This document shows, piece by piece, positions 61,501 through 64,000 of a DNA stretch of 64,000 nt (within the stretch, counting starts at the first letter, position 1; each line of letters starts with the position of its first letter). Position numbers and translations under genes: made by a program. The notes below the pieces were generated by a model. That model had not been told where the DNA came from. It did not search any database and was given only the letters and a program-made list of their open reading frames with translations. The DNA is from Eledone cirrhosa (taxonomy: Eukaryota), in contig OZ024740.1 in the NCBI GenBank assembly GCA_964016885.1, positions 36,766,001-36,830,000 of the forward strand. Direction: 5' to 3'.

Positions 61501-64000
61501 ACCTCAATGTCATTACATTGAGGTTTGTGTCGGTAAAGTTAGACATAGAAACCTCAACTGTCATTACATTGAGGTTTGTGTGGGTAAAGTTAGACATAGA
61601 AACCTCATGTGTCATTACATTGAGGTTTGTGTGGGTAAAGTTAGACATAGAAACCTCAACTCTCATTACATTGAGGTTTGTGTCGGTAAAGTTAGACATA
61701 GAATCCTCAACTGTCATTACATTGAGGTTTGTGTGGGTAAAGTTAGACATAGAAACCTCAACTGTCATTACATTGAGGTTTGTGTGGGTAAAGTTAGACA
61801 TAGAAACTCAACTGTCATTACATTGAGTTTGGTGGGGGTAAAATTAGACATAGAATCAAATGTCATTACATTTAGGTTTATGTGGGTAAAGTTAGACATA
61901 GAAAACTCACTCTCATTACATTGAGGTTTGTGTGGGTAAAGTTAGACATAGAAACCTCAATTGTCATTACCTTGAGGTTTGTGTGGGTAAAGTTAGACAT
62001 AGAAACCTCAACTGTCATTACATTGAGGTTTGTGTCGGTAAAGTTAGACATAGAAACTTCACCTGTCATTACATTGAAGTTTGTGTGGGTAAAGTTAGAC
62101 ATAGAAACCTAAACTGTCATTACATTGAGGTTTGTGTGGGTAAAGTTAGACATAGAAACCTCAACTGTCATTATATTGAGGTTTGTGTCGGTAAAGTTAG
62201 ACATAGAAACCTCAACTGTCATTACATTGAGGTTTGTGTGGGTAAAGTTAGACATAGAAACCTCATGTGTCATTACATTGAGGTTTGTGTGGGTAAAGTT
62301 AGACATAGAAACCTCAACTCTCATTACATTGAGGTTTGTGTCGGTAAAGTTAGACATAGAATCCTCAACTGTCATTACCTTGAGGTTTGTGTGGGTAAAA
62401 TTAGATATAATAACCTCAACTGTCATTACGTTGACATTTGTGTGGGTAAAGGGAGACATAGATACCTCAAATGTCATTATATTGAGGTTAATGTGGGTAA
62501 AGTTAGACATAGAAAACTCAACTGTCATTACATTGAGGTTTGAGAGCGTAAAATTAGACATAGAAACCTCAACTGGCTTTATATTGAGGTTTGTGTGGCT
62601 AAAATTAGACATAGAAACCTCAATTGTCATTACATTGAGGTTTGTGTGGGTAAAGTTAGACATAGAACCTCAACTGTCATTACATTGAGCTTTGTATGGG
62701 TAAAGTTAGACATAGAAACTTCAACTGTCATTACAATGAGGTTTGTGGGGGTAAAGTTAGACATAGAATCAAATGTCATTACATTTAGGTTTATGTGGGT
62801 AAAGTTAGACATAGAAACCTCAACTGTCGTTATATTGAGGTTTGTGTAGGTAACGTTAGACATAGAAACCTCAATGTAATTAAATTGAGATTTGTGTGGG
62901 TAAAGTTAGACATAGAAACCTCAAATGTCATTATATTGAGGTTAGTGTGGCTAAAGCTAGACATAGAAAGCTCAACTATCATTACGTTCAGATATGTGTG
63001 GGTAAAGTTAGACATAGAATCAAATGTCATTACATTGAGGTTTGTGTGGCTAAAGTTAGACACAGAAAGCTCAACTATCATTACGTTTAGATTTGTGTGG
63101 GTAAAGTTAGACATAGAAACCTCAACTTTCATAACATTGAACTTTTTGTGCGTAAAGTTAGACATAGAACCTCAACTGTCATTACATTGAGCTTTGTTTG
63201 GGTAAAGTTAGAAATATAAACCTCAAATGTCATTACAATGAGGTTACTGTGGGTAAAGTTAGACATAGAATCAAATGTCATTACATTGAGGTTAGTGTGG
63301 GTAAAGTTAGACATATAAACCTCAACTGTCATTACATTGAGGTTAGTGTGGGTATAGTTAATAATAGTAAACTCAACTCTCATTATATTGAGGTTTGTGT
63401 GGGTAAAGTTAGATATAGAATCAAATGTCATTACATTGAGCTTATTGTGGGTAAAGTTAGATATAGAAACCTCAACTGTCATTACATTGAGGTGTGTGTG
63501 GATAAAGTTAGACATAGAAACCTCAACTCTCTTTACTTTGAGCTTTGTGAGGGTAAAGTTAGACATAGAAACCTCAACTGTCATTACATTGAGCTATGTG
63601 TGGGTAAAGTTTGACATAGAAACCTCAATTGTCATTACCTTGAGGTTTGTGAAGGTAAAGTTAGACATAGAAACCTCAACTGTCATTACATTGAGGTTTG
63701 TGTGAGTAAAGTTAGACATAGAAACCTAAACTGTCATTACAATGAGGTTTGTGTAGGTAAAGTTAGACATAGAAACATCAACTGTCATTACATTGAGGTT
63801 TGTGTGTGTAAAGTTAGACATAGAAACCTCAACTGTCATTACATTGTGGTTTGTGTAGGTAAAGTCAGACATAGAAACATCAACTGTCATTACATTGAGG
63901 TTTGTGTGGGTAAAGTTAGACATAGAAACCTCATGTGTGATTACATTGAGGTTAGTGTGAGTAAAGTTAGACATAGAAACCTCAACTGTCATTACATGAG
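34586..64000. repeat. 51-bp satellite (gtttgtgtgggtaaagttagacatagaaacctcaactgtcattacattgag), roughly 575-600 monomers, runs off the window
   Basis: Direct periodicity (17-aa repeats in three frames); frequent 49/50-bp and deletion variants; nested higher-order repeats. Confidence 0.99.

Noticed and set aside
28536-63992. Long repetitive ORFs as real genes (e.g. 31149-34211, 42260-43720)
   Set aside because: They are translations of satellite monomers, open on both strands, broken by frequent indels and lacking unique domains.
34586-64000. CRISPR-like array (palindromic repeat plus linker)
   Set aside because: The linkers are copies of one sequence rather than unique spacers; there are no cas genes and the context is eukaryotic.

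Overview
Gene-free, repeat-saturated animal DNA. The SINE and microsatellite style suggests a cephalopod such as octopus, but that is inference. No host protein-coding gene, rRNA, true tRNA or CRISPR array is supported. There are three zones. (1) 1-10.7 kb: decayed Penelope-like elements (PLEs) anchored on (TA)n, with several hammerhead-ribozyme-like motifs, three long fold-back inverted repeats, SINE, CR1 and CRE fragments. One hammerhead has an unusually long, branched stem II. (2) About 8-28 kb: a stack of non-LTR retrotransposons threaded on (AAT)n tracts. Dong/R4-type elements (RLE endonuclease) always run in the AAT sense and Tx1/L1-type elements (APE endonuclease) in the ATT sense, so they alternate head-to-head and tail-to-tail. 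(3) 28.4-64 kb: satellite DNA, with related 33-bp and 36-bp arrays followed by >29 kb of a 51-bp hairpin-containing satellite organised in nested higher-order repeats (764, 1794+1710=3504, 2651/2702, 1987, 658, 2680 and 2379 bp). The long repetitive ORFs in zone 3 are best explained by monomer lengths divisible by 3. All calls were made by eye; no database search or folding program was run.
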